From: Candidatus Hadarchaeum sp.
Lineage (GTDB): Archaea; Hadarchaeota; Hadarchaeia; Hadarchaeales; Hadarchaeaceae
NCBI RefSeq assembly: GCF_049969415.1
Contig: NZ_JBMFOX010000003.1
Coordinates: 8,960 to 72,959, forward strand
Length of the DNA: 64,000 nucleotides
Reading direction: 5' to 3'
Of this stretch, positions 9,774 through 19,047 are shown in pieces. The position numbers and the translations under genes were made by a program. The first letter of the stretch is position 1. Each line of letters opens with the position of its first letter. The notes beneath the pieces are model-generated. The model did not search any database and had not been told where the DNA came from. It saw only the letters and a list, made by a program, of their open reading frames with translations.

Positions 9774-11359
9774 GCTTGAAGTTCGATCTCAGGGAAATCA
9801 GGTCAAAGGCCGAGAGTGATTATGAGCGGACTTGGCTGGAGAGCGGGGAGCTGCTCGAGAAAAAGGGCAGGTTTTTCGCCCTGCAGCAAAAGGCTAAGCC
9901 CCATCCGCTGCAGGAGCTGATCATCGAGGTTAGGCGGGTTTTTCTAGAACTGGGATTCACTGAGGTGGTTTTACCCATTATTGTGGACAAGCGGGAGGTG
10001 CAGGCCCAGTATGGTCCCGAGGCCGCCGTCATCCTCGACCGGGTCTTTTTCCTAGCCGGGCTGGAGCGGCCCGATATCGGCATCGGTCGGAAGAAGCTGC
10101 AGGAGATAAAAAAGATTGTCCCGGATTTTGATGATCTGAAAAAGCTTCAGGGGATATTCCGGCGCTACAAAAAAGGAGAGATAGAGGCCGACAGCCTAGT
10201 TGAGGTCATGGCCCAGGAGCTGGGGATCAGGGAAGAACAGGCCACGGCTGTTCTCTCACTTTTTCCTGAGTTCAAGAAGCTCAGGCCGGTCCCGATGGAT
10301 CTCACCCTGAGATCGCACACCACGGCGGCCTGGTTTGGCGCCCTCCGGGAGCTTCAGCACCGGGAGCCGCTGCCGCTGCAGCTTTTCTCCATCGGCCCCA
10401 AGTTCCGGAGGGAGCAGAGGCTGGACGAAAGCCATCTTTACGAATCCTGGACCGCTTCGATGGTCATCATGGCGGAGAGAATGAGCCTGGAGGACGGGGA
10501 GGAGATCACTAAGCAGGTTTTTTCCAGGCTGGGGTTCGACGAGGTCAAGCTGGTCCGGAAGAAGACCACATCGAAGTACTACGCTCCTCAGACGGAATCA
10601 GAGGTCTTCGTCAGGCATCCCAAGACCGGAGAATATCTCGAGGTCGGCGATGCCGGGTTCTACAGCCCGGTGGCGCTGAGCAACTACGACATCGCCTACC
10701 CAGTCTTCAACCTGGGCATCGGTCTGGAGCGGTTGCTGATGATCCGGACAGGTGAGACGGATATCCGTCGGCTGGTCTTTCCCTATCTCTATGGCACGGT
10801 AAAGTTCTCCGATGAGGAGCTGGCGGCGGCGATAAAGCTGCAGCGGGAGCCCAGCACCGAGGCCGGCAAAAGGATTGCTGAGGCCATCGTGAGGACGGCC
10901 CGGGAACACGCCGACGAGCCGAGCCCCTGCGAGTTCAAGGCCTACGAGGGTGAGTTGGCGGGCAGGCGGGTGGTCGTGAAAGTTGTGGAGCCGGAGAACA
11001 GCACCAAGCTCATCGGCCCGGCTGGTTTCAACGAGATTTACGTCTACGACGGCAATGTTGTCGGCGTGCCTCCGAAGGGGTGGGAGGACAACAGCTTCCT
11101 GAACGCCGTTCGGAGCCGGGGCAGGGCGACTGGAATTTCGTACTTGGCTGCATTCGCGGCTCTGGCGGCCGCGGAGATAGAACAGGCAGCCCAGCGAGGT
11201 GAGAAGGAGGTAAAAATCCGCGTTCGGGCGGCCAAGTCCCTAGCTGACGTTAACCTCAGGCTGGACGAGGCGGCGCAGCGCTACATAACCTCGAACAACA
11301 AAAAAATCGATGTCAGGGGTCCGGTTTTCACCACGGTGGTGGCGGAGTTCAAAACCTGA
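9770..11359 (+). CDS. sepS: O-phosphoseryl-tRNA(Cys) synthetase SepRS
   Basis: QYGPEAAVILDRVFFLAGL.RPDIG, TLRSHTTAAWF, FRREQ, YSPVALSNYDI, KKIDVRGPVF. Confidence 0.95.
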   Translation: MSLKFDLREIRSKAESDYERTWLESGELLEKKGRFFALQQKAKPHPLQELIIEVRRVFLELGFTEVVLPIIVDKREVQAQYGPEAAVILDRVFFLAGLERPDIGIGRKKLQEIKKIVPDFDDLKKLQGIFRRYKKGEIEADSLVEVMAQELGIREEQATAVLSLFPEFKKLRPVPMDLTLRSHTTAAWFGALRELQHREPLPLQLFSIGPKFRREQRLDESHLYESWTASMVIMAERMSLEDGEEITKQVFSRLGFDEVKLVRKKTTSKYYAPQTESEVFVRHPKTGEYLEVGDAGFYSPVALSNYDIAYPVFNLGIGLERLLMIRTGETDIRRLVFPYLYGTVKFSDEELAAAIKLQREPSTEAGKRIAEAIVRTAREHADEPSPCEFKAYEGELAGRRVVVKVVEPENSTKLIGPAGFNEIYVYDGNVVGVPPKGWEDNSFLNAVRSRGRATGISYLAAFAALAAAEIEQAAQRGEKEVKIRVRAAKSLADVNLRLDEAAQRYITSNNKKIDVRGPVFTTVVAEFKT

Positions 11360-12188
11360 AAAGATCCTTGGTCCTCTTGAGCCCGGTTTCGCCGATTTCT
11401 GTAGGGTCCCTGCCGGCGAGGTGGTGCAGCTCGACGGTGATCCAGCCATCGTAGCCGATTTTTCTCAAGGCGTTGACGATGGGCCTGAAGTTTATCGAGC
11501 CCTCTCCGGGCGGCAGGTGGTCGTCGTGCCGGCCCCGGTTATCGTGAAAGTGGACGTTGACGATGTGGTCTCCGACCAGCTTTATTTCCTCAGCGATTCT
11601 TCTCTCCGGGGAGCTGATGTTCTGCCAGATCTTGTTCAGGAAGGCGTGCCCCACATCGAAGGTTATCCCCAAGCCGTCGAGCTCTTTGACCAGCGGTAGC
11701 ATTTCTTGGGGAGAGGAGTAGGGAAATTCCGCCGCCATGGGGAAGTTTTCCAGGGCCAGTTTCACGCCCCGGCTGCGGGCATATTCCAGCGATTCTTGAG
11801 TAAATCTCAGGAAACGCTCTCGTGCCGGAGAAAGAAAATTTTTCACCCGTGGGAAGGGGCATCTTCCCGGATGGACCACCACAATTTCACCACCTAGGGC
11901 GCTGCAGACGTCGATGCTTTTCCTCATGTACTTCAGCGCCAGCCTTCTGATCGTGCTGTGCCAGCTGAGCGGGTTGAGGTCCCAGATCGGCCCGTGGATG
12001 GAGGCGCCTAGGCCGTAGGAGTCAATCAGCTTTTTGAGACTAGGCAGCACCCTCAGGCTGGTGTTCGGGGGAAAGTTGGGCAAGTCGAAGATTAGCTCCA
12101 CATGATCGGCGCCGAGTTCGCCGATGTTAGTGATCACCTCTTCTACCGTGGACTCGGGGAAGAGCAGTCCGGAGAGACCGAATTTCAT
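11349..12188 (-). CDS. xylose isomerase-like / AP endonuclease 2 family TIM-barrel protein
   Basis: VVVHPG, LALEN, FDVGH, HFHDN..DDHLPPG.G.I, ITVE metal ligands. Confidence 0.88.
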   Translation of the reverse strand: MKFGLSGLLFPESTVEEVITNIGELGADHVELIFDLPNFPPNTSLRVLPSLKKLIDSYGLGASIHGPIWDLNPLSWHSTIRRLALKYMRKSIDVCSALGGEIVVVHPGRCPFPRVKNFLSPARERFLRFTQESLEYARSRGVKLALENFPMAAEFPYSSPQEMLPLVKELDGLGITFDVGHAFLNKIWQNISSPERRIAEEIKLVGDHIVNVHFHDNRGRHDDHLPPGEGSINFRPIVNALRKIGYDGWITVELHHLAGRDPTEIGETGLKRTKDLFRF

Positions 12189-12197
12189 GGCACCACC

Positions 12198-12617
12198 TTA
12201 GGGCTCAAGCACGTAAGGATTGAGCACGCCTTGATTTAACAGGCTGTGGTCCATTTTTCTTTCTAGGTTAAAGCCCAGCGTCTGAATTAAAATTTCGCAG
12301 AAGACGGTGACTACCCCCTCCACGAGATGTCCGGTCATGACAGTCTTTTCGTTTCCTCCGGCGATGTGTAGGTGGACTTTGACTTTTCCCTCGGCACGGC
12401 TTATGTTGCCGTTGCCGATGATTTCGAGGTGTTCGTTAAATTCACCCTGGCAACCACGTCGGAAGATGAGAGTGCCGCTCTTAAGCGCTCCCACGGCCGA
12501 CAGGATGACGCCGCCGGTTACCCCTTCATGGGAGCAGATCCTCTCTAGCGATTCGATAATTTTTTCATCCTCGTCCAGACGGGCCACGATGAAGTTCTGA
12601 AGTCTGCGGTATTTCAA
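12198..12617 (-). CDS. PPC/DUF296 domain putative DNA-binding protein
   Basis: SAVGAL, GNGNIS, HLHI, GHL.EG motifs. Confidence 0.88.
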   Translation of the reverse strand: MKYRRLQNFIVARLDEDEKIIESLERICSHEGVTGGVILSAVGALKSGTLIFRRGCQGEFNEHLEIIGNGNISRAEGKVKVHLHIAGGNEKTVMTGHLVEGVVTVFCEILIQTLGFNLERKMDHSLLNQGVLNPYVLEP

Positions 12618-12645
12618 GCGACCACCTAATTTAGTGATACTCCCT

Positions 12646-13308
12646 CTATTTAGTCTGCATCGCCCGGGTGGCGATGACGTGGGCGAGCCTCAGCGGCTCG
12701 GGCAAGCGATGCTCTCGGGTCGTTTCCAAAGTGATTTTAATCGCCGTCGGGAGCGAGATTTTGTGCCCAACGCTGACGTACACGGGCCGGCCTCTGTCTC
12801 TGGTCCTGACCACCGCACCGATGGTTTCTCCGTCTTCCTTCAGCAGGGAAAAGCTGCCCCGCATTTTTCCCGGTTCCTCGGCCCCACCGCAGAGCTTGGA
12901 TTTGGCCACCCCTAGCGTCGGCCGGTCGAGGATTACCCCGAGATGGCTGGCGAGCCCCGCCCGTCTCGGGTGAGCGACACCTTGGGCCCCGACCATGTAC
13001 ACGTCCGCCTCAATTCCATGCAGGACCTTAAGCATTCCCTCCAGCTCCCGGAAGGCGAGGAAGGTGGGCAGGTAAGGAAATTTCAGCTTGAGCTTGATAG
13101 CCCTCTGATCAAGAACCTCCAAAGCAGGATAACTCAGGACCACCGCGGCCGCAAAGGCCCGGTCGCTTTGGGCAAAGGAGATGTCGCATCCGGCAATCTT
13201 CTCCAACTTGCTGAAGCCATCGCTCTGGACGACCCTTTCGGCGACCCGCTCCTGCACCTTGGCCAGTTCCTTCAGGTCTAGCTTCGGCGGGGTCAGGAGT
13301 GGCAGCAT
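12646..13308 (-). CDS. nfi: endonuclease V
   Basis: AGCDISF, FPYLPTFLAFRE, G.AHPRRAGLASHLG, GVAKSKL, YVSVGH, LPEPLRLAH. Confidence 0.95.
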   Translation of the reverse strand: MLPLLTPPKLDLKELAKVQERVAERVVQSDGFSKLEKIAGCDISFAQSDRAFAAAVVLSYPALEVLDQRAIKLKLKFPYLPTFLAFRELEGMLKVLHGIEADVYMVGAQGVAHPRRAGLASHLGVILDRPTLGVAKSKLCGGAEEPGKMRGSFSLLKEDGETIGAVVRTRDRGRPVYVSVGHKISLPTAIKITLETTREHRLPEPLRLAHVIATRAMQTK

Positions 13309-13449
13309 CTCATCGGATTAGCTTATCTCTCCCGCGGTTAAAAACTCCCTGGCCTCCGTAGGGCCACTCAACCTGCCGAAGGGCCGTGGCAAAGCCTCTT
13401 ATTTGGGTTGAAGTTAATTCTAAGATGTAAACCGGTTCGGGTGGATTAA

Positions 13450-13620
13450 ATGGTGAAGGGTCCCAAGTGCAAGCTCTGTGGCAAGGCGATTCAGATCATG
13501 AGCTACGATTCAGCGTACGTCAAGCTGGTCAAGCCGGGCGAGGCGAAGGCCACCTTTGTCTGCTGGAGCTGCGCGGAGAAAAAACTTGGCGAGAAGCTGA
13601 ATGAGATCACCGGGGCTTAG
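13450..13620 (+). CDS. small CxxC...CxxC zinc-finger protein (56 aa)
   Basis: Not in ORF track; GGGTGG RBS-like site, MVKGPKCKLCGK...FVCWSCAEKK; 14 bp upstream of the next gene. Confidence 0.75.
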   Translation: MVKGPKCKLCGKAIQIMSYDSAYVKLVKPGEAKATFVCWSCAEKKLGEKLNEITGA

Positions 13621-13634
13621 CTTCTGGTGAGACC

Positions 13635-14714
13635 TTGTCGCGGGCGACCCCCGAGGATCACGTACTGATGTCGTTGGCGATAAAGAGGGTAGGCAGATTT
13701 GTTGAGCTTTCCCATATCCAAGAGAAGATAAGCCGCGATGCCGGCAGGAAGTTTTCCGAGGAGGAGACGAGACAGCTCCTGGACTCCTTGGTGAAGAATG
13801 GCCTAGTGGTGGAGAAGGCGGGCGAGTATTCCCTGTCCGACCGCGGCCGGGAATATTTTGAGAAGAGGTGGCGCCAGATCAGGTCGGAGCTGAACCAGGA
13901 TTATCTCAAGGTCTACCGGGCCAAACGTTATTATCCCCAAGTGGTCGATGTTCTGCTTGAGTTCTGCCGCGACCGCTGGGTCTCGGTTTTCAGGCTCTTC
14001 ACCGGCAGGGCTTGGCTGCAGCGGAAGCTGGGGCCCAAATACATCACGATCAAGAGCCGAGAGGATATCGAGAGGTGGTTGGATATCCACGGTATCGACT
14101 TCATTCCCTACCTGCACCGGGTGGGCAGCGACCGTCCCGACTGGCTGGTCATTGACTTTGATGCGGGAAAGGGGGTTCCTCTGGAGGAGACCAAAAAGGT
14201 GGTCCGGACGGCGCATGAGGTGTTGGTGGGTTATGGGGTCGAACCGGCGCTGAAGTTCTCGGGATCGCGCGGTTTCCAGATCTGGGCGCGGTTCAAGCCC
14301 CACGAGTTGCCGCCAGACTACCGGCCCAAGCCGCTCAGGACCGAGAGGAGGGAGCGCAACCTCTTTAGCTTCTATGCGGACATCGTCAGATTTGTGGAGT
14401 CGCGGGTTGCCGAGAAGCTGCCCGGGCTGACGACTTCAGAGACGGCGAAAAAGGAGGAACGGGCCAACAAGGTCCTGCTCGATGCCTCGATTATCAAACC
14501 CATGGGTGATGTCCGGGCTCCTTACAGCATGCACTACAAGACCGGACTGATTTCCATGCCGCTGTCAATTGGGGAGTTGACGAAGTTTGTTCCCGACCGG
14601 GCTGACCCCGAGCTGGTGGCCGAACGCTATCGGGAGAGGGGCAACGAGTTCCAGCCGAGGGAGTGTGACGGAGAGGAACTCTTCAAAGACACCGTGGAAT
14701 GGTGTCGCGCCTGA
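13635..14714 (+). CDS. wHTH-fused archaeo-eukaryotic primase-polymerase (LigD polymerase-domain-like)
   Basis: N-terminal L..LVKNGLV...GEYSLS.RG wHTH; YY..V...LL, RPDWLVIDFD (motif I), KFSGSRGFQI (motif II), KVLLD (motif III), RAPYS. Confidence 0.82.
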   Translation: MSRATPEDHVLMSLAIKRVGRFVELSHIQEKISRDAGRKFSEEETRQLLDSLVKNGLVVEKAGEYSLSDRGREYFEKRWRQIRSELNQDYLKVYRAKRYYPQVVDVLLEFCRDRWVSVFRLFTGRAWLQRKLGPKYITIKSREDIERWLDIHGIDFIPYLHRVGSDRPDWLVIDFDAGKGVPLEETKKVVRTAHEVLVGYGVEPALKFSGSRGFQIWARFKPHELPPDYRPKPLRTERRERNLFSFYADIVRFVESRVAEKLPGLTTSETAKKEERANKVLLDASIIKPMGDVRAPYSMHYKTGLISMPLSIGELTKFVPDRADPELVAERYRERGNEFQPRECDGEELFKDTVEWCRA

Positions 14715-14789
14715 ATTGACTCCCCAAGAACGGAAACCTGCTTTCTGAAAAGGAATATACGTTATTGAAGTTAGGGGATAGTTAGGGCG

Positions 14790-16007
14790 GTGAGGATGAA
14801 CTTTTATGCGTTGCCCACTTTAGTCGGCATTATTCTGACCTTGGTTCTGGCCGCCTTTACGCTCCGGGCCCCTAGGAAAAGGATCAACCTGGTTTTCCTG
14901 CTGATGCTCGTCTGCGCTTTTTTCTGGATGCTGAGCGAATTCATGAGGCGCATTTACTTCAGTTTACCTTCCCCTGATTTTTGGAGCTAGGTGGAAACGG
15001 TCGGGGTAATTTTTATCGCCCCTTTCTCTCTCCGTTTTGTCGCTCTGATCCAAGCTTCCACCAACCCCCGCCTGTTGAACGATAACCGTTTCTGGTGGCT
15101 GCTCTTCGGCGTTGGCTGCGCCTTTGTTGTTCTTCTGGTCACCGGCAATCTGATCGGTGCAACGGTGCTTTATTACTGGGGCTATGATTACAACCTGAAG
15201 CCGGCCTACGCACTTCTTTACGTCTACGTAGTGGTGATTCTGGTCGTCTCGGCAATCCGTCTCTTCAGGCTCTTTCGACAGATGCAAACCGGATTCTTTC
15301 GCAAGTACTTGAGGAACACGCTGGTGGGCTGCTTGCTGGCGCTGGGATTTTTGTTGGCTGGAGACTTCGCCCTGGTCCTCCTTGATGTCGAGTTCCCATC
15401 GACGGCCGCTTTCGGTTTAATCGCAGTGGAGGTCTCGCTGGGAAGCGCCATAGTCCACCGCGCCTTCATGCCTTTGCCGCCACTGTCGCGGTTTCTGCTG
15501 CCGCTTCCCGAGGCCAGCCTCTCCACCCCACGCAGGCACCGGCTGGCTAAAGGGCGAAGCTATCTGGTTTTGAGTGCCCGGCCGCAGTGGCGGGAGATAT
15601 TTTTAGATCAGATTATTCACGGTGTTCCAGGGTTCTGGATTACCTCGCGAAGCCCAAAGGAGGTGGAAAGGCACGGTCTGCTCCGAACCCCAGTAATTTT
15701 TATTTCTTCGCACCGGATTCTCGGGGAGATCGTCATACCTCCAAAGGAGCTGAATCGATTGAAGGAGTTCGTGGAAAGTCGGCTGAGCTTTGTCCGGGGC
15801 AGGTCAGTGGTTCTCTTGGATTGCTTCTACGAGTTGATGGTGGAAAATGGCTTTAGACGCACGCTTGATTTCGTGCACGAGCTGGCTGAGATCTGTTCTG
15901 GACACGCTTCCAACCTCATTGTACCGTTGAACCCGCGAAGGTTCACGGGGCGTCAGCTCAAGCTGATCGAGGAGGTGCTCGGTGCCATTAGATTGGTCGG
16001 AGATTGA
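14790..16007 (+). pseudogene. HisKA-7TM-like membrane sensor fused to DUF835, split by an in-frame TAG at 14988-14990
   Basis: ORFs 14790-14990 and 14991-16007 are contiguous in one frame; ~7 hydrophobic helices, then WITS, VVLLDCFYELMVENGF (DUF835). Confidence 0.7.
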
Positions 16008-16062
16008 GGTAGCCATGGACTTTTTATCTCTAGCGGCTGAGACATCCCTTGAGTGAGCCGGC

Positions 16063-16224
16063 ATGGCTGAGGAGAAGAAAAAGAGCAGGGCCGAAGAGAC
16101 CGCCGAGAAGACAGGTGAAGTCTTGGGCAAAGGAGTGAAGAAGGGCTGGGGCATCGTTAAGGGTGTCGGAAAGGGCCTGGCTAAGGGCGTCAAAGGCAAA
16201 GAGGAAAAGAAGGAAGAGGAGTAA
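16063..16224 (+). CDS. small charged/amphipathic hypothetical protein (53 aa)
   Basis: Not in ORF track; MAEEKKKSRAEETAEKTGEVLGKGVKKGWGIVKGVGKGLAKGVKGKEEKKEEE; GAGTGAG RBS-like site, host-like codon use. Confidence 0.7.
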   Translation: MAEEKKKSRAEETAEKTGEVLGKGVKKGWGIVKGVGKGLAKGVKGKEEKKEEE

Positions 16225-16433
16225 ACAGGTGCTGCTCGGGCTGGATCGGCGTGTTATCCCAGCGGTTAAATTATAGGTTTGCCTTCAAACTTTAACGATG
16301 GTCTTTATCTTTAAACCAATATGCGGGCAGGGAAATCAGACCGAAGGATTAACGACTTCGGTCAGCAGGGCGCCTGTCCCATTAGGCATACAAATCCTGA
16401 GCGCTCTATATCCATGGATGTGGCGGTGATGGT

Positions 16434-17492
16434 GTGGTTGCCACCTTGGTGCTGGAAATAAATCCCGAGTCCCCGGACCTAGAGAAGATCAGGTTTGCGG
16501 CCCGCGTTATCAGGGAGGGAGGTCTGGTCGCTTTTCCCACCGAGACAGTATATGGGCTTGGGGCCAACGCGCTGGATGAGGCGGCCGTGCAGAGAATTTT
16601 TCAAGTGAAGAACCGGCCCATGGATAATCCGCTCATCGTTCATATTGCCGACAGGGACGACGTGCACTTGCTGGCGGAGACGGTACCTGCTCAGGCGGAG
16701 AGGCTCATCGAGACCTTCTGGCCCGGGCCGTTGACGTTGCTCTTGCCGAAATCAGAGCTTGTGCCCGCCGTCACCACCGCTGGACTGGCCACCGTCGCGG
16801 TGAGGATGCCTAGCCATCCCATCGCCCAGTCCCTGATCCGGGAGGCGGATGTTCCGGTGGCCGCCCCGAGCGCCAACCTCGCGGGCAGGCCGAGCCCGAC
16901 TTCCGCCAGGCACGTTTGGGAAGACCTTTCCGGCAAGATAGAGATTCTGATCGATGGCGGTGAGGTGGGTTACGGTGTCGAGTCCACGGTTCTCGATGTG
17001 ACCTCCGATCCGCCGGTACTGCTGAGGCCGGGCCCGATCACGGTCACCGAGCTGAGACGGGTGCTGGGCAGAGTTGAGGTTCATCCTATCGCGCGAGCGG
17101 AAATGCCCGTTGAGGCCGCCATCGCGAAGGCGCCGGGCATGAAGTACCGGCATTATGCTCCCAGAGCGGAGCTGGTGTTGGTCGAGGGCCCGCCCCAGGC
17201 AGTGGTCGCTAAGATCAGGGAACTTGCGGCCGGTTATGATGGTGAGGGAAAAAGGGTCGGCATCATGGCGGTGGCGGAGACCGCCGCGGAATACGGATTA
17301 GCCTTGGTGAAGGTGGTCGGGGAGCGCCGGAACCCCCGAACCATTGCCAAGGGGCTGTTCAGAACCCTCCGGGAGTTCGACGCGGAGAATGTAAACGTCA
17401 TCCTCGCCGAGGGTGTTGAACCCACGGGCATCGGCCTTGCGATCATGAACAGGCTCCGAAAGGCGGCGGCAAACATCGTCAGGGCCGGATAA
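16434..17492 (+). CDS. sua5: threonylcarbamoyl-AMP synthase Sua5
   Basis: VAFPTETVYGLG, KNRP.DNPLIVH, FWPGPLT, APSAN, APGMKYRHYAP. Confidence 0.97.
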   Translation: MVATLVLEINPESPDLEKIRFAARVIREGGLVAFPTETVYGLGANALDEAAVQRIFQVKNRPMDNPLIVHIADRDDVHLLAETVPAQAERLIETFWPGPLTLLLPKSELVPAVTTAGLATVAVRMPSHPIAQSLIREADVPVAAPSANLAGRPSPTSARHVWEDLSGKIEILIDGGEVGYGVESTVLDVTSDPPVLLRPGPITVTELRRVLGRVEVHPIARAEMPVEAAIAKAPGMKYRHYAPRAELVLVEGPPQAVVAKIRELAAGYDGEGKRVGIMAVAETAAEYGLALVKVVGERRNPRTIAKGLFRTLREFDAENVNVILAEGVEPTGIGLAIMNRLRKAAANIVRAG

Positions 17493-17575
17493 GTCTTGGC
17501 CGACCGGAGAAACGGAATGACCCTTGGGCACGGAAAAGTGATTCTTTGGATGCAGATTTTGACAAATTATGTTTA

Positions 17576-17687
17576 TGGCGGGCCCGGTGGGATTCGAACC
17601 CACGACCGATCGGTTAGCTCCCAATCGACCGTTAAGAGCCGATTGCTTTTGGCCGGAAACCCGACTGCCAGACTGAGCCACGGGCCC
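17576..17687 (-). tRNA. tRNA-Lys(CTT) with two introns (22/23: 17648-17664; 37/38: 17615-17632)
   Basis: Spliced: GGGCCCG TG GCTC AGTCTGGCA GAGC A ATCGG CTCTTAA CCGAT CGGTC GTGGG TTCGAAT CCCAC CGGGCCC G CCA; first intron has a clean BHB (TGGC/GCCA), second a relaxed motif. Confidence 0.92.
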
Positions 17688-17835
17688 GCTTTCAATATCC
17701 GCTTCTAAATTTAAAAAATGGTTGAGCAATTAAAGGTTTCTCCTTTTTCACGCTAACTATATACAAAAACTATTGAAAATCTTCTTGGTCTTACAATCAA
17801 GCTGAACGGATTCAAAATCGTAGCCCGTTTTTTAA

Positions 17836-19038
17836 TTAATCCCAAGGCTTTAAAATCAGAGCTCTTTTGGGGCAAACTTGTGCGCAGAGTCCGCAGGCAT
17901 CACATTTTTCTTGGTTGATTTTAGGTAGCCCATCTTCTATCGTGATGGCCGCAGAACCACCGTCCATACAGGCGATTTGACACAGCCCGCACTTGGTACA
18001 TCGAGAGGCGTTTAACACCGGTGTTGTCCAATAAGAGTAATCCAGATTTTCTTGGCTCTTGATTTTGGGCAAGACGTAACCCACCAATTCCTTTACCGAA
18101 CCAAACCCCTTGCTGTAGAGATAGGTCGAAACGCCGTCTTTGAGGTTACTTATAATTCTATATCCTCCGATCATTACGGCGGTGCAGAGTTGGACAGTTG
18201 ATGCTCCTACCATGAAAAATTCAACCGCGTCTTCCCATTTAGATATTCCACCGATTCCAGAGATGGGTAACTTAGTTGCTTTTGCTATCTGCGCCACGCA
18301 GCGGAGGGAAATGGGTTTGATTGCCGGGCCGGAGATTCCTCCTAATGCGGATATCCCTTTTACGGAGGGCAAGGGTTCCATTCTTTCGAGGTCTATTCCT
18401 ATAAGACCCTTGATGGTGTTTATGGCGGAGATGGCGTCGGCTCCTCCATCTTCGGCCGCCTTTGCCGTTAAGGTTATGTCCGTCACGTTAGGGGTGAGTT
18501 TTACCATTATTGGTACGGTTGCGACCTCTTTGGCCAAACTCGTGGCTTCCCGCGTTAAATTTGGATCTTGCCCCAAGGTTGCGCCTACGGTCCATACTTC
18601 ATCAGTCAACGGGCAGGATAAATTAAGTTCAATCATATCGGCTCCGGCCTCCTGCAGGTCTTTAATCATCCGTTGCCAGCACTCCGGTTCCGCGCCGCCC
18701 ATTAGATTTGGTATCAAGATTTTCTCCGGATATTTTTTCTTGATTTCCGTGATTTTAGGCAGCCATTCCTTTAAGGGGTAAATCACCGATTCTATATTTT
18801 CAATCGCGATTACCTTTCCACCGTAATGTAGGCTGGCTATTCTGGGATGGGGATCTGGCCGCGGTTTTGAACCCAAAACCTTTGTGACTACACCGGCCCA
18901 TCCGGCTTCAAAGGCTCTCTCTATCTTGTTGACATTTGCTGTTGGTGGCCCTGAGGAGAGGAGAAACGGGTTTTCAAATCTGAGCCCGCAGAACTCCATC
19001 GACAGATCAACTTTTTTACTATCAGTCGGATTCAACAA
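17836..19038 (-). CDS. preA: dihydropyrimidine dehydrogenase subunit PreA
   Basis: NPFLLSSGPPT, ELNLSCP, KLTPNVTDI, AINT, GG.SGPAIKPI, C-terminal 2x[4Fe-4S] ferredoxin motifs. Confidence 0.9.
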   Translation of the reverse strand: MLNPTDSKKVDLSMEFCGLRFENPFLLSSGPPTANVNKIERAFEAGWAGVVTKVLGSKPRPDPHPRIASLHYGGKVIAIENIESVIYPLKEWLPKITEIKKKYPEKILIPNLMGGAEPECWQRMIKDLQEAGADMIELNLSCPLTDEVWTVGATLGQDPNLTREATSLAKEVATVPIMVKLTPNVTDITLTAKAAEDGGADAISAINTIKGLIGIDLERMEPLPSVKGISALGGISGPAIKPISLRCVAQIAKATKLPISGIGGISKWEDAVEFFMVGASTVQLCTAVMIGGYRIISNLKDGVSTYLYSKGFGSVKELVGYVLPKIKSQENLDYSYWTTPVLNASRCTKCGLCQIACMDGGSAAITIEDGLPKINQEKCDACGLCAQVCPKRALILKPWD

Positions 19039-19047
19039 TTTTACCCC

